From Pseudodesulfovibrio mercurii (lineage in GTDB: Bacteria; Desulfobacterota; Desulfovibrionia; Desulfovibrionales; Desulfovibrionaceae): a DNA stretch of 32,000 nucleotides. The stretch covers positions 180,001-212,000 of the forward strand of contig NC_016803.1 in assembly GCF_000189295.2 (NCBI RefSeq), in the 5' to 3' direction. Made by a program: the position numbers and the translations under genes. The notes below the pieces were generated by a model that saw nothing but the letters and a program-made list of their open reading frames with translations, was not told where the DNA came from and did not search any database. Below, in pieces: positions 18,178-26,460 of this stretch (the stretch's first letter is position 1; the number at the start of each line of letters is the position of its first letter).

Positions 18178-19581
18178 TCAATCCGTCGGGGAGGACGCCC
18201 CGTTCCGCTTGATGATCTTTTGCAGGCTGACCCGTTCAAGCCCGGCCAGGCGCGCCGCCTCCGAGATGTTGCCGCCGGTTCTGGCCAGAATCTGCTCCAG
18301 GTAGTTCCGGGTGAATTCGTTGAGCACCCGCGCCTTGGCCTCCTTGTAGGCGTCGATGCCGCCCTCGTCCGTCTCCCCGCCGCCGGGCCATGTCCCGTTG
18401 GGACCGGACAGCCGGCCCTCGGCCAGCCGCAGATGGACCATCTCCACCTGGTTGCCGGGGCAGAAGACCGTCAGGCGGCGGACGGTGTTCTGCAACTCGC
18501 GCACGTTGCCGTGCCACGGCCGTTCGCACAGGCAGGCGAGTACTTCCGGGCTCAGGGTCTTGGGGGCCAGGTGCATCTCCAGGCAGGTCTGGTTCAGGAA
18601 GTGCGCGGCCATGCGCGGGATGTCCTCGCGGGATTCCCTCAGGGGCGGGGTGTTCACGGTGAGCACGTTCAGGCGGTAGAACAGGTCCTCGCGGAACTCG
18701 CCCTCGCTGATGAGTTCCGGCAGGTTGCGGTTGGTGGTGGCCAGGATGCGCACGTCCACCTTGACGGCCGCGTTGCCCCCCACGGGCCGGATCTCCCGCT
18801 CCTGGAGCACGCGCAGGAGCTTGGTCTGCATGGACATGGAGATGTCGCCGATCTCGTCGAGCAGGATGCTGCCGCCGCAGGCCGAGACGAACAGCCCCTG
18901 GCGGGCCTTGTCCGCCCCGGTGAAGGCGCCCTTGACGTGGCCGAAGAGTTCGCTCTCCAGCAGCTGTTCCGGGATGGCCGGACAGTTCACGGCCACGAAG
19001 GGGCCCTTGGCCCGGCCGCTCAGGCGGTGGATGTTCCCGGCCACGAGTTCCTTGCCCGTGCCGGATTCGCCGCAGATCAGCACGTTGTAGTCCGAGGCGG
19101 CCACCGCGGCGATGGACTCCTTGAGGCGGCACATGGCCTGGGCCCTGCCCACCAGGGTGGATTCGCAGCGTCCGGCCAGGGCGCGCAGGGCGCGGTTCTC
19201 CCCGAGCAGCCGCCCGCGTTCCAGGCCCTTCTGCACCGAGCGCAACAGCTCGTCCCGTTTGACGGGCTTGGTCAGGAAGTCGTAGGCCCCGGCCTTGAGC
19301 GCGGTCACGGCGGCCTCCACGCTGCCGAAGCCGGTGACCAGGATCACGGTCAGGCCGGGTTCGATCTCCAGGGCCCGGTGCAGAAGCTCCTGGCCGTTCA
19401 GCCGGGGCATGCGCAGGTCCGAGAGCATGAGGTCCACGCCGCTCGACTTCAGGATTTCCAGGGCCTCGGCCCCGTCGCCCGTCAGGGATATCTCCACCTC
19501 GGGAAAGCCCGAGGCGATGAGCCGGGCCAACCCCTGGGCGAAATCGGGTTCATCGTCAACAATCAATATGCGCTGGCTCAT
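18178..19581 (-). CDS. Sigma-54-dependent (NtrC-family) response regulator
   Basis: Receiver: IVDDEP, LMLSDLRMP. Walker A GESGTGKE. GAFTGA loop. Walker B LLDEIGD. C-terminal HTH GNISEAARLAGLERVSLQKIIKR. The start overlaps the upstream kinase stop by 4 nt. Confidence 0.9.
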   Translation of the reverse strand: MSQRILIVDDEPDFAQGLARLIASGFPEVEISLTGDGAEALEILKSSGVDLMLSDLRMPRLNGQELLHRALEIEPGLTVILVTGFGSVEAAVTALKAGAYDFLTKPVKRDELLRSVQKGLERGRLLGENRALRALAGRCESTLVGRAQAMCRLKESIAAVAASDYNVLICGESGTGKELVAGNIHRLSGRAKGPFVAVNCPAIPEQLLESELFGHVKGAFTGADKARQGLFVSACGGSILLDEIGDISMSMQTKLLRVLQEREIRPVGGNAAVKVDVRILATTNRNLPELISEGEFREDLFYRLNVLTVNTPPLRESREDIPRMAAHFLNQTCLEMHLAPKTLSPEVLACLCERPWHGNVRELQNTVRRLTVFCPGNQVEMVHLRLAEGRLSGPNGTWPGGGETDEGGIDAYKEAKARVLNEFTRNYLEQILARTGGNISEAARLAGLERVSLQKIIKRNGASSPTD

Positions 19582-21974
19582 TCGGTTTCCTCGTTCTCCT
19601 TGACGGCCAGGGGCAGGAACACGCGGAACAGCGCGCCGCCGCCGGGCCTGTTTTCCACCTCGATGTCGCCGCCCAGATCGCGGATCAGGCTGTAGATCAC
19701 GGACAGGCCCAGCCCCGTTCCCTTGCCCGCCTCCTTGGTGGAGAAGAAGGGGTCGAACACGCGGTTGAGGTGTTCGGGCAGGATGCCGGTTCCGTTGTCG
19801 GCCACGGTGATGTCGGCGAAGCGGTCGCCCGCGGCGATGATGACGCGCACCTCGCCCGTGCGTCCTTCCTTTTCCTCCAGGCCGTTGACCGCGTCCAGGG
19901 CGTTCATGATCAGGTTGGTCAGGATGTGCTCAAGGGCGTCGTCGCTGGCCCGCAGCGGCGGTATGTCCGTGGCGGCCTCCAGGTGGAGTTCCGCTCCGCA
20001 CGACTTGGCCCTGGGCTGGAGCAGGTCCACCGTGGCCGAGGCCATGGCGGTCAGGTCGCCGGGTTCGAGGGAGACGGGGCGCGGCCGGCTGAAGTCCAGG
20101 AGGTCGCGGACCACGCGCTGGGCCATTTCCGTGTGGCGGATGATCACCGCCAGGTCCGCCTGGGCCTGGCCATTCTTCTGCGAGGCGGCCAGGAGTTCTG
20201 CGTAGCACAGGATGACGCCCAGCGGGTTGTTGATCTCGTGCGCCAGCCCGGCCGCGAGCTGTCCCACGGCGACCATGCGTTCGTTGCGGACCATCTGGTC
20301 CTCTATGCGCCGCTCCATGGTCACTTCGCGGAGGGAGGCCACGATGCGGCGGCCGCCGGTCTCCTCGAGCGGGTAGAGATGGGCCAGGAAGATGCGCCCG
20401 TCCGGCAGCTCGAATTCGCCGCAGCCCGTGTCGCGGGTGGCGTCCTGGATTATGTCCAGCAGGCTCGCGAGTCCGGGCTCGTCCAGGGTCTCGGCCAGGC
20501 GCACGGCCGGGGAGTTGGCCAGGAGCACGGCATCGCCCGCGTCCAGGAGCATGAGCGGGTCGGCGGTGCCCTCGATCAGGGAGGAGAGCAGGGCGTTCTG
20601 GGTCAGGAGCCCGTCCAGGGCCTCCATGTTCTCCATGGCGATGCCCATCTGCTGGCCGATGGCCCGGGCCAGGTCCACCAGCCGGTCCGAGCGCTCGCGC
20701 GGCTTGTCCCAGTAAAGGCTCAGGAGCCCCCGGCTGGTGCCCGAGGTCTGCACCGGGATGTGCCAGGACAGGTCGCCCATCCTGGGCTCGATCCCGGTGA
20801 CCAGGTCGTGCCAGTCCTCCGGCAGTTCCGGCGGGACGCCGGGGTCCGGCCAGGAGGCGTAGTCCGTGGCGGCCAGGACGCAGACGTAGCTCGCCCTGGA
20901 CGCGCCGAAGCGCCGGGCGATGAGTTCGAGTCCGGCGAGGAGCAGCTCCTGCTTGGTCTGGCTCTGGTTCAGGCTGTTCAGGAGCGAGACGAACAGGGCC
21001 ACGTCGGCGCGGCGGTCGTCGGCCAGCCGGGTCAGGTCCACGGTGCGCTCGGCCACCTTGTCCTCCAGGGTGGCGGCGTATTCCTTGAGGTCCACGCGCG
21101 CCTGGCGCAGATGTTCGGCAAAGAGCTCGAAGCCGTGCAGCAGCCCCTCGATCTCGTCCTGTTGGGACAGGAACGGCTCGGTCTGGAGGGGCGCCTCGTC
21201 CGGGAACAGGCGGTGCATGACCCCGGTGACCCGGTTTAGGCTGTGGACCACCAGGCGGTGGAAGAACCCCTGGATGATCAGGAACTGAACCAGGATGCCC
21301 ATGGCGAACAGCAGGGCGAAGGACAGGGTGGCGTCGCGGATGCCCCCCAGGTCGCGTTCGACCTTCAGCCGAACCATGTCGATGCCCGCCAGGCCGCCCA
21401 CCTGATTGCCGAAGCCGCGCTCGCCTCCGTAGCGTTCGATGAGTTCGTGCGGGGCCTCGGACCGGTCGCCGTGGCAGTGCATGCAGGAGGCGTCGTAGCG
21501 CTGGGCGTAGACCGTGATGAAGTAGCGTTCGCCGTCCGTTTCCCGGAACTCCTCCAGGTGCTTCAGCTCGGGGTCGGCCCGGAAGCGGTCGATGAATTCG
21601 CGTTCCAGGGCGTTGGCCTCGGAGTCGGGGTTGCGCGCGCCCTCGGTGACGCGGCGGTAGACGAAGCTGTCGTGCTCCAGGTTGGGGTCGCTCATGACCG
21701 CCCTGGTCACGTAGGAGGCGCTCATGGCCTCGAGCACGAACTGGTCGCTGGGCAGGGTCTTGTACATGACCGGGCGCAGGGTGTTGCGCACGTAACGCTG
21801 CACCGCCTCGACCTGGGCCAGGATGAGCGAGGCCTTTTCCCTCGCCTCTCCCTCCATGAGACGGTTGAGATGGATGTTCAGGCCCACGGCGAAGAAGGCC
21901 ACCAGGCCCGTCATGAGCAGGAACAATCCGGTAAAGAACTTGCTTTGCAGGCTGTGCGGCATGAGCCGGCGCAT
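19578..21974 (-). CDS. Sensor histidine kinase with a periplasmic c-type-haem (DUF3365-like, CXXCH) sensor, HAMP, GAF-like, PAS, HisKA, HATPase_c
   Basis: Start ATG at 21974 lies 6 nt after GGAGAGGG; the ORF track extends to 22100 without an RBS. TM1 FFTGLFLLMTGLVAFFAVGL. Sensor motif CMHCHGDRSEAPHELIERYGGERGFGNQVGGLAGI. TM2 ATLSFALLFAMGILVQFLII. H-box LAAGLAHEINNPLG. N-box NLIMNALDA. G-boxes DNGTGI and GTGLGLSV. Confidence 0.8.
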   Translation of the reverse strand: MRRLMPHSLQSKFFTGLFLLMTGLVAFFAVGLNIHLNRLMEGEAREKASLILAQVEAVQRYVRNTLRPVMYKTLPSDQFVLEAMSASYVTRAVMSDPNLEHDSFVYRRVTEGARNPDSEANALEREFIDRFRADPELKHLEEFRETDGERYFITVYAQRYDASCMHCHGDRSEAPHELIERYGGERGFGNQVGGLAGIDMVRLKVERDLGGIRDATLSFALLFAMGILVQFLIIQGFFHRLVVHSLNRVTGVMHRLFPDEAPLQTEPFLSQQDEIEGLLHGFELFAEHLRQARVDLKEYAATLEDKVAERTVDLTRLADDRRADVALFVSLLNSLNQSQTKQELLLAGLELIARRFGASRASYVCVLAATDYASWPDPGVPPELPEDWHDLVTGIEPRMGDLSWHIPVQTSGTSRGLLSLYWDKPRERSDRLVDLARAIGQQMGIAMENMEALDGLLTQNALLSSLIEGTADPLMLLDAGDAVLLANSPAVRLAETLDEPGLASLLDIIQDATRDTGCGEFELPDGRIFLAHLYPLEETGGRRIVASLREVTMERRIEDQMVRNERMVAVGQLAAGLAHEINNPLGVILCYAELLAASQKNGQAQADLAVIIRHTEMAQRVVRDLLDFSRPRPVSLEPGDLTAMASATVDLLQPRAKSCGAELHLEAATDIPPLRASDDALEHILTNLIMNALDAVNGLEEKEGRTGEVRVIIAAGDRFADITVADNGTGILPEHLNRVFDPFFSTKEAGKGTGLGLSVIYSLIRDLGGDIEVENRPGGGALFRVFLPLAVKENEETE

Positions 21975-22145
21975 GGGTATCCCTCTCCGATTTGCGGGAA
22001 GCATATGCGGGCGGGGGATCGAATGCAACTTGGGCGGGCCTGGCTGCGTCCTTCCGGTGGCAGGGTGTAGCCGCAAGGCAGCACCCACGGTCGGATTCAT
22101 TCAAAAATATTGTAGTATTTTAATGCGTTGAAAAATCAGATTCAT

Positions 22146-22161
22146 TGGAACCCTTTTTGCT
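22146..22161 (+). promoter_or_regulatory. Sigma-54 (-24/-12) promoter for the YeiH-like transporter operon
   Basis: TGGAACC-CTTT-TTGCT against TGGCACG-N4-TTGCW, with exact GG-N10-GC spacing. It lies in the divergent intergenic region next to the sigma-54 activator operon, about 125 nt upstream of ATG 22285. Confidence 0.65.
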
Positions 22162-22284
22162 TTGCTGGCGCTTCAGAGCCGACGGAATCGGCTTTCGTTG
22201 ATCCTTCGCCCCGGCGACGGGGCAGGGGTCGGAGGTATGCTTTCACAACCATCGTCAACCGATTGTGACAATGAGGAGGTTCTT

Positions 22285-23727
22285 ATGGCGGAAAAACGGT
22301 GGCTTACCGAGGACAAGCTCGCATTGATAATGGGGCTTATTCTCTTTGGGCTCGGCATGTTCAGTTTTGCCGGGGTGGACCTGTTGGGTTGGGGCGTCAG
22401 CACGAACACCTGGATAACCCCCGGACAGATCTTTTCCGTGACGGCCAAGGCCGATTACGGCGGATTGAACGGGTACGCGTCCCTGTTCCTGACCTATGCG
22501 TTCATCACCCTGTTCCTGAGCTTCGGCGTGAAGTTCCTGGGCGGTGACGTGCCCAAGTTCGTCAAGTCCTTCACCGTGGTCTTCTTCCTGAGCATCATCT
22601 GCTGGGCGCTCGGCCACTACGCGGTCATCGCCGCCACCCCGGACAAGCTCGAGAAGTTCGGCCTGACCTGGGCCATGGGCCTGACCGGCGAGGCGGGCTT
22701 CATCGTCGCCCTGGTGGTGGGCATCGTCATCGGCAACTTCTTCCCCGGCTTCGCCGAGGAGATGAAGGAAGCCCTGCGGCCCGAAATGTACATCAAGATC
22801 GCCATCGTCATCCTGGGCGCCGAACTCGGCGTCAAGGCCGTTGACGCCATGGGGTTGGCCTCCGCGGTCATCTTCCGCGGCCTGTGCGCCATCGTCGAGG
22901 CCTACCTGATCTACTGGGCGCTGGTCTATTACGTCTCGCGCAAGTACTTCAAGTTCAGCAAGGAATGGTCCGCGCCGCTGGCGTCGGGCATCTCCATCTG
23001 CGGCGTGTCCGCGGCCATCGCCACCGGCGGCTCCATCCGCGCCCGGCCCATCGTGCCGATCATGGTCTCCTCGCTGGTGGTCGTCTTCACCTGCATCGAG
23101 ATGCTGGTCCTGCCCTTCGTGGCCCAGTGGTGGCTCAGCGGCGAGCCCATGGTCGCCGGCGCCTGGATGGGCCTGGCGGTCAAGTCCGACGGCGGCGCGG
23201 TCGCCTCGGGCGCCATCACCGACGCGCTGATCCGCGCCAAGGTCCTGGCCGACACCGGCGTGCAGTACCAGGCCGGCTGGATCACCATGGCCACCACGAC
23301 CATCAAGATCTTCATCGACGTGTTCATCGGCATCTGGGCCTTCGTTCTGGCCGCCGTGTGGTGCACGTTCATCGAATGCAAGCCCGGCCAGGGCGGCATG
23401 AAGATCGGCGAGGTCCTGGACCGGTTCCCCCGCTTCGTCGTGGGCTACGTGGTCACCTTCCTGGTCATGCTGCTGATCTGCGCCACGAACAAGGACCTCA
23501 TTCCGCTGGGCAAGGCGACTATCGCCGGGACCCACGTCTTCCGGGGCCTGTTCTTCGTGCTGACCTTCTTCACCATCGGCATGGTCTCGAACTTCAAGAA
23601 GCTGTGGGCCGAGGGCATCGGCAAGCTGGCGGCGGTCTACATCGTCTGCCTGGGCGGCTTCATCATCTGGATCGGTCTGTTCATCTCCTGGCTGTTCTTC
23701 CACGGCGTAAAGCCGCCGGTCGCCTAG
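22285..23727 (+). CDS. UPF0324 / YeiH-type (putative sulfate-exporter family) membrane transporter, 480 aa
   Basis: GAGGAGG lies 5 nt upstream of ATG 22285. Family-like motifs YIKIAIVILGAELG and LASGISICGVSAAIATGG (compare E. coli YeiH LGIILYGFRL and GAGSSICGAAAV). At least 10 hydrophobic helices. Confidence 0.6.
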   Translation: MAEKRWLTEDKLALIMGLILFGLGMFSFAGVDLLGWGVSTNTWITPGQIFSVTAKADYGGLNGYASLFLTYAFITLFLSFGVKFLGGDVPKFVKSFTVVFFLSIICWALGHYAVIAATPDKLEKFGLTWAMGLTGEAGFIVALVVGIVIGNFFPGFAEEMKEALRPEMYIKIAIVILGAELGVKAVDAMGLASAVIFRGLCAIVEAYLIYWALVYYVSRKYFKFSKEWSAPLASGISICGVSAAIATGGSIRARPIVPIMVSSLVVVFTCIEMLVLPFVAQWWLSGEPMVAGAWMGLAVKSDGGAVASGAITDALIRAKVLADTGVQYQAGWITMATTTIKIFIDVFIGIWAFVLAAVWCTFIECKPGQGGMKIGEVLDRFPRFVVGYVVTFLVMLLICATNKDLIPLGKATIAGTHVFRGLFFVLTFFTIGMVSNFKKLWAEGIGKLAAVYIVCLGGFIIWIGLFISWLFFHGVKPPVA

Positions 23728-23767
23728 GAATGGACTTCGTCCCCTTCAACGAACAAGGAGCGAAATA

Positions 23768-23938
23768 ATGTCGGTAGAAGAACACAACATTGCCGAGGAA
23801 ATGGGGAAAATGGAGTATGAGCCTTTGCAGCCCATCGAGATCAAGTTGATCCGCTGGAGCCTGATCATCGGGGTCGTGTCCCTGGTGGTGCTCTACTTCG
23901 TCAGCGCAGCCTTCTTCCCCGCCGCGCACGGCGCATAG
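23768..23938 (+). CDS. Small single-TM protein, 56 aa (below the ORF-track cutoff)
   Basis: AAGGAG (23755-23760) lies 7 nt upstream of ATG 23768. Translation: MSVEEHNIAEEMGKMEYEPLQPIEIKLIRWSLIIGVVSLVVLYFVSAAFFPAAHGA, stop TAG 23936-23938. G/C-biased third positions. It starts 40 nt after the transporter stop. Confidence 0.55.
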   Translation: MSVEEHNIAEEMGKMEYEPLQPIEIKLIRWSLIIGVVSLVVLYFVSAAFFPAAHGA

Positions 23939-23995
23939 TCCATCCGGCGGCGGCCCCGGTCCGTCCCTGGCCGCCGCCTTTCCCGGAGTAACGAC

Positions 23996-24271
23996 ATGCA
24001 ACAATGTGAAATGATCGTCAGCAAACTGGTGGACCAGGTCCGCGAGGACCAGCGTCCGGTCATGCGTCGACGCATTGAGGAGGCCGTGATCGAGCAGGCC
24101 GGGGCCGAGGGTCCCGACAGCCCGACCGCGCATCGCTTTCTCAAGGATCTGGACATCTTCGTGAACATGCGCGGGCCCGAGTTCATCTACTCGCGCGGCA
24201 TCGCCGAAAGCCTGCGCGTGGGCGAGGACATCTTCGAACTGGCCTACGTGATCAAGAAGGCCATGCAGTAA
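23996..24271 (+). CDS. Hypothetical soluble protein, 91 aa
   Basis: GGAG lies 7 nt upstream of ATG 23996. High GC3. Last ORF before a strong terminator. No recognisable family. Confidence 0.5.
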   Translation: MQQCEMIVSKLVDQVREDQRPVMRRRIEEAVIEQAGAEGPDSPTAHRFLKDLDIFVNMRGPEFIYSRGIAESLRVGEDIFELAYVIKKAMQ

Positions 24272-24343
24272 CCCCGGTCCTCAACCGGACCGGTCCCCTT
24301 CCGGACGCCCCTCCGACCCCAGGGGGCGCACCGGCGTTTACCA

Positions 24344-24384
24344 GGCGGGATGGATGCGGAACGCATCCATCCCGCCTCCTTTTT
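24344..24384 (+). terminator. Rho-independent terminator of the transporter operon
   Basis: ggcgggatggatgcg-gaa-cgcatccatcccgcc: a 15-bp perfect stem followed by tccttttt. Confidence 0.85.
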
Positions 24385-24612
24385 GCCGAGCTCCATCAGG
24401 CATCGCGTCTTTCCGCCCCCACGATTCGCGTCGGGCGGCAAACCACCTGCGGTCCTTTTCGCAATCTGTCTGGAGCCTTGCGGTGTTGGCCGTGAATACA
24501 GGTGCGTCAACGGCGGGAGCGTCTCCGTGTTGAATGTGCTGTTTATCATTGTCGCCACTTCTGCATGCCGGTAATTTGGTGTAGATGCCAAATAATCCGG
24601 AAGGTGGGTACC

Positions 24613-25140
24613 ATGATTTGTTTTTCCGACGGAGATGGCTGCTGGATACGAACGGGGCGTTTTCATGCGGGGTACGGACGCAACGCGCGAATGCGCATTC
24701 GGACGTTGTTGCCCGTGCTGGCCGCCTGGGTGCCGTTGATCTTCCCGTCCGAGGCGTTGGCGATCCAGACACATGGCGGGACTGAAGGCCTGTATGCGCA
24801 TCAGTTCGGTCACGTGTTGTTTTTCGTGGCGATGATCCTTTTGTATTTCCGCTTGCGGGGTCAAGCCGAATTCATGTCCCGGGGATGGCGCTATGTGACC
24901 ATATCCTGTCTGCTTTTCGCCGGCTGGAATGTGGTGGCGTTTACGGGTCACTGCCTGGAGGAGATGCTGTCCGTTCCCGTCTTTGCAGGCGGTTCGACCT
25001 GCTGGGAACGTGCCTTGTCCGATGCCACGGGGTGGAAGGGGCTTGTCCTCTATGTCTGCAAATTCGATCACCTGTTGGCGGTTCCCGCCATGCTCTACTT
25101 TTTGTTGGGGCTGAGGGCTTTTGCCAGGGAGCGCCAATGA
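24613..25140 (+). CDS. Small membrane protein (signal/anchor plus 3-4 TM), translationally coupled to the downstream kinase
   Basis: AAGGTGG lies 5 nt upstream of ATG 24613. ATG 24691 is an alternative start that would give MRIRTLLPVLAAWVPLIFPSEALA as a signal peptide. Hydrophobic helices HVLFFVAMILLYF, YVTISCLLFAGWNVVAF, LLAVPAMLYFLLGL. The stop overlaps the next ATG (ATGA at 25137). Confidence 0.55.
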   Translation: MICFSDGDGCWIRTGRFHAGYGRNARMRIRTLLPVLAAWVPLIFPSEALAIQTHGGTEGLYAHQFGHVLFFVAMILLYFRLRGQAEFMSRGWRYVTISCLLFAGWNVVAFTGHCLEEMLSVPVFAGGSTCWERALSDATGWKGLVLYVCKFDHLLAVPAMLYFLLGLRAFARERQ

Positions 25141-26252
25141 ATCAGTATTTACCCGAATTTCCTGTTGTCCTGGTCGATTTCCTGGGATCGTCCTCGATGA
25201 TCCTGCTGTCGTTTCTCGCCATCGGCTATGCATACAGGTTGTTGCGCGAAGAACCGAGGCAGTTGTTGTGGTCGTATCTCCTGATGTTCACGCTGGCGCT
25301 GGCGGCCTTTTCCGTCGGGCGGGGTGTCGGACATATCGTGCGCAATGTCCTGGTCAATACCGGACACCGGGAATTGTGGCTGTCCATCAGTCCATACAGC
25401 GGAGCGCTCAATACCATCACGTTCGTCATCATAGCAGCGATCACCTTTTACTATCATTTTGTGGAAAAGGCGTTCTTGCTGTTGAGACAGGCCAACTCCA
25501 AACTCGTTGGGGCGTTTGCCGAGATACGGCGAAACCGGGATCGGATCATTTTGCTGGAACGCTACGCCGTATGCGACAGGATGGCGGCGAAACTGGCTCA
25601 TGAAACGCGGAATCCGATTTTCACCATCGCCAATTTCGCCAAGTTGTTGCTTCGTAAACTCGAAAACGACGAGGCCTCGGCTGCGCATCTCAGGATCATC
25701 GTCGAGGAATCGCAAAAGCTCGAAGGCCTTATCGATGGCATCATGAAGGTGAGGCATGATCTGCCGCAACTCATGAAACGGGTTTCCGGCAGAGAGGTCC
25801 TTTCCGAATTGGAAGGAATCAGCATAAAAAAGGCGGAGGCCTCGGGGGTTGGGGTACGCGTGGCCCGACTGGAGGAGGAATTCTGGCTGTTCCTCGACAT
25901 CCGGAGCCTGTTGAGCGGCCTGACCGAACTCATCGTGAATGCGATCGAAGCCTCTTCCGAAGGGGATACGATCGACATTTCCGTCCTCCGCGAGGACAAT
26001 ATGGCCGTCTTTCGTGTTTCGGACAGGGGGAAAGGCATCCCTCAGAAGTCGCTGCCCAGGATATTCGAGCCTGGTTTCAGCACCAAACAGTTTTCCGCCG
26101 GCTTGGGGCTGGCCTATGCCAAGCAGATTCTGGAGGCGAATCATGGTGTGGTCAAGATCGAGTCCGTGCCGGGCGAGGGGACTCTGGCCATCGCCGCGTT
26201 TCCTTTGGACACGGACGAGGCGGAACATGCCTATGGCGCCCAGGAATCATGA
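25137..26252 (+). CDS. Membrane histidine kinase (about 4 TM, HisKA, HATPase_c) with no adjacent response regulator
   Basis: H-box AAKLAHETRNPIFTI. N-box ELIVNAIEA. G-boxes SDRGKGI and SAGLGLAYA. N-terminal hydrophobic helices. Visibly lower GC than the upstream genes. Confidence 0.8.
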   Translation: MNQYLPEFPVVLVDFLGSSSMILLSFLAIGYAYRLLREEPRQLLWSYLLMFTLALAAFSVGRGVGHIVRNVLVNTGHRELWLSISPYSGALNTITFVIIAAITFYYHFVEKAFLLLRQANSKLVGAFAEIRRNRDRIILLERYAVCDRMAAKLAHETRNPIFTIANFAKLLLRKLENDEASAAHLRIIVEESQKLEGLIDGIMKVRHDLPQLMKRVSGREVLSELEGISIKKAEASGVGVRVARLEEEFWLFLDIRSLLSGLTELIVNAIEASSEGDTIDISVLREDNMAVFRVSDRGKGIPQKSLPRIFEPGFSTKQFSAGLGLAYAKQILEANHGVVKIESVPGEGTLAIAAFPLDTDEAEHAYGAQES

Positions 26253-26323
26253 GAGGCGGGCGGCCGGGGAGAGTCGGCGTTACGGCCTCTCCGCATTCGG
26301 GGCCTGTTCCGGTGTGCCTGAAT

Positions 26324-26366
26324 GCAAAAAGGGTTTACGGAGCATCTCCGTAAACCCTTGTCTTTT
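26324..26366. terminator. Bidirectional rho-independent terminator between convergent genes
   Basis: aagggtttacgga / tccgtaaaccctt: a 13-bp perfect stem with a 5-nt loop. An A5 run lies upstream and gtctttt downstream. Confidence 0.8.
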
Positions 26367-26460
26367 CCTGTCGCGATGGGAGGATTTGTCCGCGTCCCGA
26401 ACACGGCGGCGTGCAGGTGAGCCGCAGACCGTGGAAGCTGGGGATCCAGCGGGGGATACC

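Noticed and set aside
18220-22104. Long alternative-frame and antisense ORFs (18220-19695, 18236-19132, 19770-21239, 19930-22104, 21243-22070) over the regulator and kinase genes
   Set aside because: Arg/Pro/Gly-rich, motif-less translations. The annotated frames carry complete receiver/AAA+/HTH and HisKA/HATPase signatures.
22255-23768. 482-aa minus-strand ORF and 294-aa off-frame ORF over the YeiH-like transporter
   Set aside because: Charged low-complexity translation opposite a clearly hydrophobic multi-TM reading frame.
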